A stretch of 64,000 nt of DNA from Caldisericota bacterium (GCA_029548865.1 JAKPMO010000002.1:224001-288000), one strand, 5' to 3'. Shown: positions 28,404 to 38,520, counted from the stretch's first letter. The notes: a model not told the origin generated them from the letters alone. Translations and numbers: made by a program.

Positions 28404-30158
28404 GTGACTACATTCCAATATTATTCTAGATTGCTTAAGCCATACAGATGGAAATATGTTTTGGCCATGATCGGCGTTTTGGTGAACACCTCAGACATGC
28501 TTGTTCCAATGTTTATTTCAACAAGCATTGATGCTGCATATCTTAAGAAACCAGATGCAAAATATATAATTTTGTCGGCTTTGCTTTGGGTTGTTGGCAT
28601 TGCTGTTGTGAGGTCCTTTACGTTTGTAGCCAGCAGGTACACACTTGTTGGTGTATCAAGACACACAGCTTATGATCTGAGAAACACCATCTATGATAAA
28701 ATCTTGAGATTGCCTGACAAATTTTTTGTCGGGATGTCTACAGGTGAAATAATGAACAGGGCATCTTCTGATGTCCAGTCTATCACGATGTTTCTTGGTA
28801 TGGGTGGAAATCTTTTCCCAAACGCTGTTTTGAGAACAGTACTTGGTACGATATTGATGATATCAATATCATGGAAGCTTGCCATACCAATTTTACTTTT
28901 TGTGCCGGTACTCTTCTTCATCGAATATCTTTTTGGAAAAAAGATATTCAAGCTTTACAAGATTCTTCAGGACTATTCTGACAAAGTTGTAAGCAGAGTG
29001 CAGGAAAACTACTCTGGTGCCAGAACTGTAAGATCGTACAACCAGGGAGATCATGAGAAGAGGATGTACAAGGGAATGATGGACAAATACGTTCAGACCA
29101 TCAAACCTCTCAATATAATGGATGCCCTCTTCTGGCCTGTCCTGAACATGGCAAGCTGGATGCCAATACTGGTAATCCTTTGGTATGGTGGTGTTTTATA
29201 TATGAAAGGCCAGTTGACCCTTGGTGGTCTGTCTGCCTTTATCGCCTATGTCAGTCTCATGATCTGGCCAATCATCAATCTTGGATGGGTAACAAATCTT
29301 TACCAAAGGTCAAATGCTTCGCTCAAGAGGATTGTTGAGATCACAGAAGTTGTTCCTGATATCAAATCTCCACAAAACCCATACAAACCAGAAACCATTG
29401 AGGGAAACATAGAGCTGAAAGATGTCAAATTGTCTTATGGTACAAACATCAACTCCATAGACGGAATCTCCATTACTATTCCAAAGGGGCAGGTTGTGGG
29501 TGTTGTTGGCCCGGTTGGTTCGGGGAAAAGCTCTTTTGGAAAACTTTTGCTTAGAGTCTGGGACTCTGATTCTGGCGAAGTGAGCATTGATGGTGTTGAT
29601 ATAAAAAAGTGGGACCTCAAGATGCTCAGGAAATCTTTTGGCTATGTTCCGCAAGACAATTTCCTTTTCTCCACTTCAATTGGAGAAAACATAGCTTTTG
29701 CTAAACCTGATGCCACCAAAGAAGAAATCGAAAAAGTGGCAGAGATGGTCCAGATAAAGGACGAGATCGAGAAGTTCCCACAAAGCTTTGATACAGTGGT
29801 TGGTGAAAGGGGAGTAACGCTTTCTGGTGGACAAAGGCAAAGAGTCGCTATTGCAAGAGCACTGCTTCTTGATCCACCGATGATGCTTCTGGATGATCCT
29901 TTGTCTGCGGTCGATACTTCGACTGAGGACGCAATCATTGATACGCTTAAACCGATAATAAAGGGCAGAACAACAATAATAATCGCCCACAGGGTAAGCG
30001 CAATGAGGCTTGCCGATAGGATCGTTGTTCTTGACAAGGGAAGGATTGTGGAGGATGGCACTCACCAGGAGTTGATGACAAAAGGCGGTTATTACGCTGA
30101 TCTTGTTGAAAAACAGAGACTGGCCACTCAGATAGGCCAGGAGGGCATCGATGCCTGA
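28404..30158 (+). CDS. Heterodimeric ABC exporter subunit 1 (TMD+NBD)
   Basis: GPVGSGKS, LSGGQRQR, degenerate Walker B LLDD; probable start GTG28404. Confidence 0.93.
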   Translation: MTTFQYYSRLLKPYRWKYVLAMIGVLVNTSDMLVPMFISTSIDAAYLKKPDAKYIILSALLWVVGIAVVRSFTFVASRYTLVGVSRHTAYDLRNTIYDKILRLPDKFFVGMSTGEIMNRASSDVQSITMFLGMGGNLFPNAVLRTVLGTILMISISWKLAIPILLFVPVLFFIEYLFGKKIFKLYKILQDYSDKVVSRVQENYSGARTVRSYNQGDHEKRMYKGMMDKYVQTIKPLNIMDALFWPVLNMASWMPILVILWYGGVLYMKGQLTLGGLSAFIAYVSLMIWPIINLGWVTNLYQRSNASLKRIVEITEVVPDIKSPQNPYKPETIEGNIELKDVKLSYGTNINSIDGISITIPKGQVVGVVGPVGSGKSSFGKLLLRVWDSDSGEVSIDGVDIKKWDLKMLRKSFGYVPQDNFLFSTSIGENIAFAKPDATKEEIEKVAEMVQIKDEIEKFPQSFDTVVGERGVTLSGGQRQRVAIARALLLDPPMMLLDDPLSAVDTSTEDAIIDTLKPIIKGRTTIIIAHRVSAMRLADRIVVLDKGRIVEDGTHQELMTKGGYYADLVEKQRLATQIGQEGIDA

Positions 30159-31935
30159 GTATATACACGAAGAAGAAGCCCTTGGAAAAGCTTATGATTC
30201 AAGGCTCATAAAAAGACTTCTAAAATATCTGAAGCCATACGTCGGCAAAACAATTCTTTCTTTGCTAATGCTCGTTTTCTGGACGGCCCTGAGGCTTGCT
30301 TCGCCGATAATTATGAAGCTTGCTCTTGATAAATACATTAGCAAAGGGGACATCAAAGGCCTAGGAATTCTTATGCTTGCGATGTTTACCCTGATTATCT
30401 TCCAGTCCATTGTCAGGTATTATCAGATCCTTATCATGTCTTTCATTGGTCAGTATCTCATGAGGGACATGAGGCGCCAGATTTTTGACAAATTGCAAGA
30501 CATTCAGATGTCATTTTTTGACCACAATCCAGTTGGAAGGCTTATCACCAGAATAACATCAGATGTTGACGCGATTTACGAGTTTCTGACTCAGGGCATA
30601 ATAACCCTCATAACAGACGTGACGATCGTTATCGGTTCTACAATAATGCTCTTCATCCTCCAGCCAACACTTGCGCTTATCGCTGTTTCGATTATGCCCC
30701 CAATGATGGTTGCGGCAGTGGTATTCAAGAATCTGGCAACCAAGTTTTACAGGGAGGTCAGGGTCAAAACAGCAAAGGTCAATGCTTTCCTACAGGAGAG
30801 CATCACTGGTGTTCGTACTATCCAGTGGAGTGGCAGGGAAGACATAAACAAAGGCATGTTTGCCAAAATTTCCGGAGAGCTCAAAGGCAGCCAGCTCAAG
30901 GCTGTTCTTAACTATACAGTTTTCTTCCAGGCAATTGACCTGTTCGAAACAGTTGCAACGGGTTTTGTTGTCTGGTATGGAAGCTTACTGGTACTCAAGG
31001 TGGCAATAACTGTCGGACTTCTTGTGGCTTTTACATCGTACCTGAAGGAATTCTATGCCTCGATGTATGATATATCTGACCATTTCAACACCATGCAGGA
31101 AGCGATGACCTCTTCAGAGAGAATATTCAAGCTTCTTGATGAACCCGTTGTCATAAAAGAAAAAGTTGATGCCATCTGGCCGGAAGAACCAATCAATGGC
31201 CATGTTGAATTTCAGGATGTACAACTGGAATATCAGCCCGGTCAGCCTGTCCTTAAGGGCGTGTCGTTTGAAGTAAAACCAGGCCAGAAAGTGGCCGTTG
31301 TCGGGCCAACTGGTGCCGGTAAGTCCAGTATAATCAGTCTTCTCTCAAGACTGTATGACATCCAGGGCGGGGACATAAAGATAGATGGCCACTCAATATA
31401 CAACCTCAAACTAGGCTATCTGAGGAGCCAGATTTCTGTTGTGCTTCAGGACCCATTCATCTTTTCAGGCCCAATCATTGACAATATAACTCTCCTCTCG
31501 CCTATCAGCAGGGAAAGAGCCAGAGAAGCAGCCAGGCTTGTCGGCGCCGAAGATTTCATCCTTAAACTGCCTGAAGGGTATGACTATGTTCTGACCGAAA
31601 GAGGGGCAACACTCTCTGTTGGTCAGCGTCAGCTCCTTTCATTCGCCAGGGCAATTGCCCATGACCCAAGAATACTTGTCCTAGATGAGGCGACAAGCTC
31701 TATCGACACGGCCTCTGAAACGCTGATCCAGGAGGCCATGAAAAACATGATGGCTGGCAGGACCTCGATTGTTGTGGCCCACAGACTCTCAACCATCAAG
31801 GATGCCGATCTTGTGCTGGTTATCTCTGATGGAAAGATTGCAGAGAGCGGATCACACGATGAGCTTTTGAAAAGGGGTGGAATGTACAAGACCCTTTATG
31901 AGCTCCAGTTCAAGGCCCAGGAAAGAAACTCATAA
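30151..31935 (+). CDS. Heterodimeric ABC exporter subunit 2 (TMD+NBD)
   Basis: GPTGAGKS, LSVGQRQL, VLDEATS, AHRLSTI. Confidence 0.95.
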   Translation: MPEYIHEEEALGKAYDSRLIKRLLKYLKPYVGKTILSLLMLVFWTALRLASPIIMKLALDKYISKGDIKGLGILMLAMFTLIIFQSIVRYYQILIMSFIGQYLMRDMRRQIFDKLQDIQMSFFDHNPVGRLITRITSDVDAIYEFLTQGIITLITDVTIVIGSTIMLFILQPTLALIAVSIMPPMMVAAVVFKNLATKFYREVRVKTAKVNAFLQESITGVRTIQWSGREDINKGMFAKISGELKGSQLKAVLNYTVFFQAIDLFETVATGFVVWYGSLLVLKVAITVGLLVAFTSYLKEFYASMYDISDHFNTMQEAMTSSERIFKLLDEPVVIKEKVDAIWPEEPINGHVEFQDVQLEYQPGQPVLKGVSFEVKPGQKVAVVGPTGAGKSSIISLLSRLYDIQGGDIKIDGHSIYNLKLGYLRSQISVVLQDPFIFSGPIIDNITLLSPISRERAREAARLVGAEDFILKLPEGYDYVLTERGATLSVGQRQLLSFARAIAHDPRILVLDEATSSIDTASETLIQEAMKNMMAGRTSIVVAHRLSTIKDADLVLVISDGKIAESGSHDELLKRGGMYKTLYELQFKAQERNS

Positions 31936-31943
31936 CAAAGTAA

Positions 31944-31970
31944 AACAGCCCCTCTCTTGGAGGGGCTGTT
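31944..31970 (+). terminator. Stem-loop after the ABC operon
   Basis: AACAGCCCCTC-TCTTG-GAGGGGCTGTT, 11-bp stem. Confidence 0.6.
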
Positions 31971-32009
31971 GGAAAACGAATGCCAAATTTTTTCTTCAGA
32001 GAGTAAACA

Positions 32010-32140
32010 AAACTATTCAGATCGTTCCCTTTCTTGGTAAATGGAAAGCCACTCGAATCCTTCTCTCTCCAAGCAGATGAGAAATTACTCAAATCCTTCC
32101 CCCTCCTCAGAGCAAGTAGGAAATCACTCAGATCCTTCTC
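32010..32140 (+). repeat. Four degenerate tandem repeats (period 36, 36, 39 bp)
   Basis: AAACTATTCAGATCG at 32010, AAGCCACTCGAATCC at 32046, AAATTACTCAAATCC at 32082, AAATCACTCAGATCC at 32121. Confidence 0.6.
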
Positions 32141-32235
32141 CCGAAGGGAGAAGGAAAAAGGATGAGGGGGTTTTAAAAACCTTCAAAACCACCCAAAAAC
32201 CACCTCACCCGAACCCTCTCCTGGAAGGAGAGGGG
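32134..32235. repeat. Inverted pair of REP-like palindromic elements (PHPNPLxxGEG type)
   Basis: CCTTCTCCC-GAA-GGGAGAAGG..GGATGAGGGG and CCTCACCCGAACCCTCTCCT-GGA-AGGAGAGGG. Confidence 0.7.
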
Positions 32236-32278
32236 CAAAAATGGGAGCCTTTTTCCTGAAAAAAGGGTTTGTATTTAA

Positions 32279-32590
32279 TCAGATGAGCGTGACCACAAAA
32301 CCTATAACTGCCCCGCCAACTGCACCTGTTCCGATGATTGGCGCATAGACCCTTGTGATTATTGCAGATGGAAGGCTGAGCACGAGGCCCACCAGAAAAC
32401 CTGTCAGGATTGGGTTGATGCCCAATTCCAGGTTTGGGATGATAAATCCGATTGCAAAGCGGTCAATGAAAGCTGAAGAGATGGCCTCTGCTTTGCGGCG
32501 CGCATCTGGATATTTCATTGGCAGCATGACGATGATGTCCAGGAGGCCAAAAACCAGTCCGCATAATAATCCCAAGTATATTTTGTTCAT
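32279..32590 (-). CDS. Small four-TM membrane protein
   Basis: Hydrophobic, Gly-rich helices; AFIDRFAIGFII. Confidence 0.75.
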   Translation of the reverse strand: MNKIYLGLLCGLVFGLLDIIVMLPMKYPDARRKAEAISSAFIDRFAIGFIIPNLELGINPILTGFLVGLVLSLPSAIITRVYAPIIGTGAVGGAVIGFVVTLI

Positions 32591-32770
32591 GTTTTGATTA
32601 TGGCTGGCTTGTTTTCAAAATACAACAATCTGGATTTTTTGTGCAAGTTTGTTTTGGGAACTTCCAATGCCCTGGTAGTACAAATTTGAGTAATAGTTAA
32701 GAGAGAACCTTGGATAAATTTCTAAGATTATTCCAAATCCTCAGCATTTTTGAGATTGATTTTTCAAATA

Positions 32771-32801
32771 AAAAAGCCGGAGGCGAAACCTCCGGCTTTT
32801 T
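32771..32801 (-). terminator. Rho-independent terminator of the por operon (bidirectional shape)
   Basis: AAAAAGCCGGAGG-CGAAA-CCTCCGGCTTTTT. Confidence 0.88.
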
Positions 32802-32821
32802 GGTTCTCTGAAGAGAGGCTA

Positions 32822-33721
32822 TCAGACAAGCCCGAATTTTTCGATGTTTGCGTCGGCAATTACCTGAATTTGTGCGATGACCTTTTTGCCTTCGTCTGAT
32901 TTGAGCAGGTGCCTGAAACGGCTCTGGGTCTTGAGGTAGTCTTCCACTGGGACTTTTTTGGCGATTTTCTGGACTTTTACAAGCTGCCCGTCTTCGTATT
33001 CGATGACAGGGAAAAGACCTGTATTTACAGCAAGTTTTGCGATCTCGACTGCTTTGTCCGAATCAAAACCCCAACCAAGTGGGCATGGGGCGTGGAAATG
33101 GATGTAGGACGGGCCGACTGTTTCGACAGCCTTTTTCACCTTGCGCTCAAGGTCCTTCGGGTTGGCAAGGCTCACTGTGGCTACATATTTGACCCTGTGT
33201 GCGTTGGCAATAGCGATCATGTCTTTTTTGAGGGTTTGGTTGCCCATGGACTCCGAGCCGGATGGGGAGGTGGTTGTGCTTGCATTGAATGGGGTTTGCG
33301 AGGAGCGCTGGATGCCTGTGTTCATGTATGCCTCGTTGTCCAGGCAGACGTAAAGAATATTGTGTCCCCTCTCCCACATTCCGGAGATGCAGCCTATTCC
33401 AATGTCGGCTGTTGCGCCATCGCCGCCCATTGCCACGACCTTGATGCCGGTTTTGCCTCTTGCTTTGAGGGCTACCTCTACACCAGATGCGATTGCGGAG
33501 CTGTTCTCAAAGAGCGAATGCACCCACGGCACTTCCCAGGCGGACTGTGGATATTTTGAGGTGAAAATCTCGGAACAACCCGTTGCGTTGGCAACTATAC
33601 AGTTTGGGCCGATTGCATCGATAATCAGCCTCATGCCTAGTGCTTCACCGCAACCTGCACAGGCGGTGTGGCCAGGGGCCAGAAGGTGCTTTTTCATCAG
33701 TTTTTGCTTAAGGTCTTCCAT
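32822..33721 (-). CDS. porB: Pyruvate:ferredoxin oxidoreductase beta subunit
   Basis: GHTACAGCG, NATGC, GGDGATADIG, DNEAYMNTGIQRS, PCPLGW. Confidence 0.95.
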   Translation of the reverse strand: MEDLKQKLMKKHLLAPGHTACAGCGEALGMRLIIDAIGPNCIVANATGCSEIFTSKYPQSAWEVPWVHSLFENSSAIASGVEVALKARGKTGIKVVAMGGDGATADIGIGCISGMWERGHNILYVCLDNEAYMNTGIQRSSQTPFNASTTTSPSGSESMGNQTLKKDMIAIANAHRVKYVATVSLANPKDLERKVKKAVETVGPSYIHFHAPCPLGWGFDSDKAVEIAKLAVNTGLFPVIEYEDGQLVKVQKIAKKVPVEDYLKTQSRFRHLLKSDEGKKVIAQIQVIADANIEKFGLV

Positions 33722-34893
33722 TATTCCTCCAGAAGGTCCGGCCTGAGCCCGACCCATTCGGAATGGTGGGTCCCGGGGTTTGGCCTGTTGATCATTCCGA
33801 TTATCTCGTCTTCATGGATGTCCCTGCCACCGAGGCCGTAGATAAAGCTGTCAATTGCTGGCGGATTGGATATTCCATAAAGGGCGGCCCTGATTTCTGA
33901 GCCAAGGATTTCTCCATAACCTGCGGACATTGCTCTGTCCATGACAATGACGTGCTTCTTTCCAGAAAGGGCTTCCTTGACTTTTTCGGTCGGGAATGGT
34001 CTGAAGGTCTTGATCTTGAGGAGGCCAACTTTTTGGCCTTTGCCCCTGAGCGTGTCAACAGCTTCTTCGGCAAGACCAGTGATTGAGCCCATGGCAACAA
34101 CGACAGTATCGGCATCATCAAGCTTGTAGCTTCTTATGAGACCGCCCGACGGCCTTCCAAATTTCTTCTCAAATGATGCAGCAACTTCCTCGATTACCTT
34201 TGTGGATTCGAGGTTGGCCTTGTGCATCTGGTATCTGACGTCCATGTGGTATGCTGGCTCGGTGAAGCAACCCATTGTTATTGGGTTGGCCGGGTCGAGC
34301 ACCTGGAATGGCTTGTAGGAGCCAAGATATTCATCAACAAGTTTCTGGTCCGGAATGTTTACTGGTTCGAAGGTGTGGGTGATGAGGAAACCATCAACGT
34401 TGACCATGTATGGTAGCTGGACCCTCTCGTCTTCGGCTATCTTGTAACCCATGATGTGAAGATCAAGCGATTCTTGTGCGTCTTCGGCAAATCCCATGAT
34501 AAAACCGCTGTCGCGCATGAGCATTGCATCCTGCTGGTCGGACCAGATGGAAAGCGGTGCTGAAAGCGACCTATTTGCGCAGCACATTACGAGTGGAAGT
34601 CTCATTCCAGCGCAGTTGTAAAGCACCTCGAGCATGAGTGCCAGGCCCTGGGATGTTGTTGCAGTGTAGGCCCTGGAGCCGCCTGCAAGAGCACCAAGAA
34701 CGACTGATGCGGCACCAAACTCGGACTCGGTGTTGACGAATTCGGTTTTGAGCTGACCATCGGCGACCATTTTGGCGAGGTCCTCGACTATGTGCGTCTG
34801 TGGGGTGATTGGATATGCAGAGATGACACCTGGCCTGCAAAGAGCGGCGCCGTGGGCTATTGCCAAGCTTCCTTCGATGAGTTCAATTGCCAT
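33721..34893 (-). CDS. porA: Pyruvate:ferredoxin oxidoreductase alpha subunit
   Basis: SAYPITPQT, ESEF, TATTSQGL, NRSLSAPLSIWSD, GLGGRD. Confidence 0.95.
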   Translation of the reverse strand: MAIELIEGSLAIAHGAALCRPGVISAYPITPQTHIVEDLAKMVADGQLKTEFVNTESEFGAASVVLGALAGGSRAYTATTSQGLALMLEVLYNCAGMRLPLVMCCANRSLSAPLSIWSDQQDAMLMRDSGFIMGFAEDAQESLDLHIMGYKIAEDERVQLPYMVNVDGFLITHTFEPVNIPDQKLVDEYLGSYKPFQVLDPANPITMGCFTEPAYHMDVRYQMHKANLESTKVIEEVAASFEKKFGRPSGGLIRSYKLDDADTVVVAMGSITGLAEEAVDTLRGKGQKVGLLKIKTFRPFPTEKVKEALSGKKHVIVMDRAMSAGYGEILGSEIRAALYGISNPPAIDSFIYGLGGRDIHEDEIIGMINRPNPGTHHSEWVGLRPDLLEE

Positions 34894-35159
34894 TATCTCA
34901 CCTCCAGGAGCATTTCAATGCATTTTACTGGGCAAATGTTTGCACAAATTCCGCAACCTTTGCAATAATCGAGATCTGCATCGTATTTGTGTTCTTTGTC
35001 CCCAAAAATTATCCCTTCTGGGCAGTATGTTTCGCATGTTCCGCATGCGATACACTTTGCATGGTCAAATTTTGGGTAATAGTTGCGCCAAGAGCCGGTT
35101 TTGTTTTCTTTTGATGTTCCGGGCTTGACATTAATTCCTGGTTTCAACATCTTGCTCAT
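34893..35159 (-). CDS. porD: Pyruvate:ferredoxin oxidoreductase delta subunit
   Basis: KTGSWR, CIACGTCETYCP, DYCKGCGICANICP. Confidence 0.95.
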   Translation of the reverse strand: MSKMLKPGINVKPGTSKENKTGSWRNYYPKFDHAKCIACGTCETYCPEGIIFGDKEHKYDADLDYCKGCGICANICPVKCIEMLLEVR

Positions 35160-35701
35160 TTGGCCTCCTTTGCCGCATTGTAGGCCTTTCTGCAGGCCTT
35201 GGCGTTCTTTTCGCCAAGCTCGCCTGGGAACCTTTCCTTAACGGCCTTTTCGACCGATTCGATTTTAATGAGCCCTGTGGCTCCGGCAAATGCACCGATC
35301 ATTACGGTGTTCGGAATTGGTCTGCCAATTTCTTCTACGGCAATTTCCAGTGCCGGGACAGTTATTACTCTGGCCTTTGTCTTGAGGCCAAGCTCTTCCG
35401 GTTTTTTTGCCGTATTGACGATCACGAGGCCATCTTCCTTGAGTCCGAACAGAAGATCGACAACACCGATCAAAGTTGGGTCCTGGATGATCAGGAAATC
35501 TGGATGAAGGATCTGGGCCCTTGTCCTGATTTTCTTGTCAGAAATTCTGGCGAAGGCCTGAATGGGCGCACCTTTGCGCTCGGAACCGAAGCTTGGGAAT
35601 GCCTGGGAGTTCTGTCCGTCCAGGAATGCCGCAACAGCAAGGATTTCCGAAGCGGTGACGCACCCTTGACCTCCGCGGCCGTGAATGCGTATCTCTTTCA
35701 T
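35156..35701 (-). CDS. porC: Pyruvate:ferredoxin oxidoreductase gamma subunit
   Basis: EIRIHGRGGQG, FPSFGSERKGAP, PNTVMIGA. Confidence 0.95.
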   Translation of the reverse strand: MKEIRIHGRGGQGCVTASEILAVAAFLDGQNSQAFPSFGSERKGAPIQAFARISDKKIRTRAQILHPDFLIIQDPTLIGVVDLLFGLKEDGLVIVNTAKKPEELGLKTKARVITVPALEIAVEEIGRPIPNTVMIGAFAGATGLIKIESVEKAVKERFPGELGEKNAKACRKAYNAAKEAK

Positions 35702-35784
35702 TTTTTCTCACCTTTCCAATTGTATTATGAGCCACGGTGGATTATAAACACAAAGGCACTTTATCAAAGGGTGGTATGGTAAAC

Positions 35785-36519
35785 ATGGACGAAATAAAAA
35801 ATGCCGTTGATTTGCTGTTAAAAGCTGGCAGGGTTTCGGCCCTTACGGGGGCTGGGATGTCTGCCGAGAGTGGAATACAGACTTTCCGTGACAAAGATGG
35901 CGTCTGGACAAAGATGGATCCGATGAAATGGGCAACCAGAGAGGGCTATCTTGAAAATCCGAAACTAGTGTGGGAATGGTATGAAGCAAGAAGAAACCAG
36001 GTGAAGAACTCAAAGCCGAATGATGGACATTGTGCAATGGCAGAATTTGAGAACATTTTCGGTCATTTTTCGGTTGCTACACAAAATATAGATGGATTTC
36101 ACAAGCTCTCTGGTTCAAAAAACGTGCATGAGCTTCATGGCAATATATTCAGGAACAAGTGCTTTGATGAAGACAAAATGCTTGAAGAACTTGATGAAAC
36201 AAGCATTCCACCAAGATGCCCATATTGTGGCGCTTTGGCCAGGCCTGATGTGGTGTGGTTTGGGGAGATACTACCGCAAGAAGTTTGGGAGGCTGCTTTT
36301 GATGATGCAAAAAACTCTGATTTCTACATGGTGGTTGGTACTTCGGGAACTGTCTATCCTGCCGCTGGCCTTGCCGGGATTGCAAAAAAGAATGGCGCAA
36401 AAGTGATAATTATAAATCCTGAAGACTCCGAGATTGATTTGCTGGCAGATGTTTTAATAAAGGGCAAGTCGGGAGAAGTTCTGCCAGAAATTCTCAGAGG
36501 GCTCCAGACCAGTAAATAG
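35785..36519 (+). CDS. cobB: NAD-dependent protein deacylase (sirtuin)
   Basis: LTGAGMSAESGIQTFR, WYEARR, TQNIDG, ELHGN, RPDVVWFGE, VGTS. Confidence 0.95.
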   Translation: MDEIKNAVDLLLKAGRVSALTGAGMSAESGIQTFRDKDGVWTKMDPMKWATREGYLENPKLVWEWYEARRNQVKNSKPNDGHCAMAEFENIFGHFSVATQNIDGFHKLSGSKNVHELHGNIFRNKCFDEDKMLEELDETSIPPRCPYCGALARPDVVWFGEILPQEVWEAAFDDAKNSDFYMVVGTSGTVYPAAGLAGIAKKNGAKVIIINPEDSEIDLLADVLIKGKSGEVLPEILRGLQTSK

Positions 36520-36642
36520 CCAGGATTACCCATAAAGGTTTCAAAGGGATTTTTCTGCTCTCTACCAACTTTTGGCAAAAGATTGACAAAGCCTTCTTTT
36601 GGAAATAACTTAATTACAATCTGATATTGCCAGGAGGACGGG

Positions 36643-37572
36643 ATGAAAAGGGTTATTTTTGCAGTCTTTTTGATATCGGTTATGGCCATTTTGTTTGTTG
36701 GCCCTGTTTTCTCGCAGGAAAACAAGAATTCACCACCACCAACAACTATTACAGGCGTTCCATCCACGCCAGACGAGATAATGGCCGCCCAGAAAAGAAA
36801 TTATGTCCAGTTTCCAATTTTGAATGGTAAATATGGCCAGATATGGCTGATTCCCAAGGGAGAGGCAAAAATAACCGCCAGGAACATAAAAGGGCTCATT
36901 GCAGGTGACGTCATCGAGGTTGACAATGATGGAACAAGTGCCTGTTCAATTGATTTTGACAACTTTACCTCGGTCTATCTCAAATCGGATAGTGCCATCG
37001 AGTTTGTCGACACTACACCAACAAAAATGAAAATAAAACTTTTGAAAGGTGACATGCTCTTTGCTTCAAAGAAGTCCTCAGGGATCGAGCTTGTCCAGGA
37101 CGGCTGGGCAACCCAGGGGCTTGAAGGAACGTTCACCTTTTCAGTGACCAGAGACAGCTCCGAGATGAGCGTTGTTGAAGGCACGACTGCATTCAAAATA
37201 GAAAAATCGGGGTCCGTTTACAAAATAGACGCAGGCAACACTGCAATAATAACAAAGGATGGCATTGGCGAGATTGACCCGGCTGGCATATCGCCGTTGC
37301 GTTTCTGGGATGACACCATATCAAACCTGAACCCGACACTGCCAAAATCAAAAGAAGCTGTTGAGCCATCGACCGCTTTTTCGCTTGGCGCAATTTTGCT
37401 GATTGTTGTTGCGGCAATCATTGTTGGTTTGCTTGTTTACGTTGTATACAGGACAATCAACAAGAGGCCAAAGGTTGAGATTGAGAAAGTTGATGAGCCG
37501 AAGCCGCGCACAGAAGATATTGTTGCATCCGAGATCGAGGAGATCACCACTGACGAGACGATAATAAAATAA
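36643..37572 (+). CDS. Exported FecR-like domain protein with C-terminal TM anchor
   Basis: Signal peptide; GDVIEV, LLKGDM, GTFTF, SVVEG pattern; C-terminal TM. Confidence 0.7.
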   Translation: MKRVIFAVFLISVMAILFVGPVFSQENKNSPPPTTITGVPSTPDEIMAAQKRNYVQFPILNGKYGQIWLIPKGEAKITARNIKGLIAGDVIEVDNDGTSACSIDFDNFTSVYLKSDSAIEFVDTTPTKMKIKLLKGDMLFASKKSSGIELVQDGWATQGLEGTFTFSVTRDSSEMSVVEGTTAFKIEKSGSVYKIDAGNTAIITKDGIGEIDPAGISPLRFWDDTISNLNPTLPKSKEAVEPSTAFSLGAILLIVVAAIIVGLLVYVVYRTINKRPKVEIEKVDEPKPRTEDIVASEIEEITTDETIIK

Positions 37573-37587
37573 GAGAGGAAATTACAT

Positions 37588-38520
37588 ATGGTGAGCTGCA
37601 ATTATTTCTATATGCCTATTTTGAAAACCCTGTCTGATGGCAAGGAATGGAACAAGAAGGATATATTTGAATCTGTAGCAAAAATATTGAATTTAAGTGA
37701 AGAGGAAAAAAATGAGAGAATACCATCCGGCCCACTAAAATACCAAAAAAGGATGGAATTATCTTTCTTTTATTTAGTAAAAGCTGGTCTTATCGAAAGA
37801 ACTAAACTTGCCAATCTCCTTATTACTGAGGAAGGTAGAAAATTATTGAAGGAAAACCCTCCAATTATTGATAACAATTTTTTACAAAAAAGATATGTTC
37901 AATATGCTGAGTGGTTAAAAAGTTATAGGCATGAATATCAAGGCCCAAAAGACAATTATCCTAGACAAACAGAGGGTATTGTTGATTGTGGGTCTATAAC
38001 CCCCGAAGAAGAGATAGATCAGGCCTTTAGAGATTTGAGGGAAAATCTTGTAGACGAGTTACTTGAAACAGTAAAGAGGGTCGATCCGTCATTTTTTGAA
38101 AAACTTGTTATCGATCTGCTCTTGAAGATGGGTTATGGTGGTTCGAGGGCCGAGGCTGGCAGGGTGGTTGGAAAAACTGGCGACGGTGGGATTGATGGTG
38201 TAATTGATGAAGACAAGCTTGGCTTGGACAAGATTTATATTCAGGCCAAGAGATGGGAAAATACCGTTGGAAGACCGATTGTTCAAGCTTTTGTGGGCAG
38301 TCTGGCTAGCAATCACTCAAAAAAAGGCATTTTTATCACTACATCCGATTTCACAAAAGATGCCAGGGAATACATAGAAAAAATTGACAGCCGGATTTCG
38401 CTTGTTGACGGCAGAAAGCTCGTTGAGTTGATGATTGATCACGGGCTTGGTGTCAGCACGAGCAACACATACGAGATCAAAAAAGTCGACAGGGACTATT
38501 TCCCTGAAGACCTATTCTAG
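37588..38520 (+). CDS. mrr: Mrr-family type IV (modification-dependent) restriction endonuclease
   Basis: N-terminal Mrr winged helix; FFEKLVIDLLLKMGYG, GDGGIDG, IQAKRW, FITTS. Confidence 0.95.
   Translation: MVSCNYFYMPILKTLSDGKEWNKKDIFESVAKILNLSEEEKNERIPSGPLKYQKRMELSFFYLVKAGLIERTKLANLLITEEGRKLLKENPPIIDNNFLQKRYVQYAEWLKSYRHEYQGPKDNYPRQTEGIVDCGSITPEEEIDQAFRDLRENLVDELLETVKRVDPSFFEKLVIDLLLKMGYGGSRAEAGRVVGKTGDGGIDGVIDEDKLGLDKIYIQAKRWENTVGRPIVQAFVGSLASNHSKKGIFITTSDFTKDAREYIEKIDSRISLVDGRKLVELMIDHGLGVSTSNTYEIKKVDRDYFPEDLF

Noticed and set aside
28404..31935. ABC pair as the dedicated ranthipeptide exporter
   Set aside because: Generic heterodimeric exporter with no peptidase domain, its own promoter, and separated from scfAB by the pspA operon
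32010..32235. CRISPR array
   Set aside because: Units are degenerate, the period is only 36-39 bp, there are no distinct spacers and no cas genes
32041..32259. 72-aa ORF across the repeat region as a real gene
   Set aside because: It is a translation of the repeat and palindromes, has no RBS, and the repeat frame has a stop just upstream
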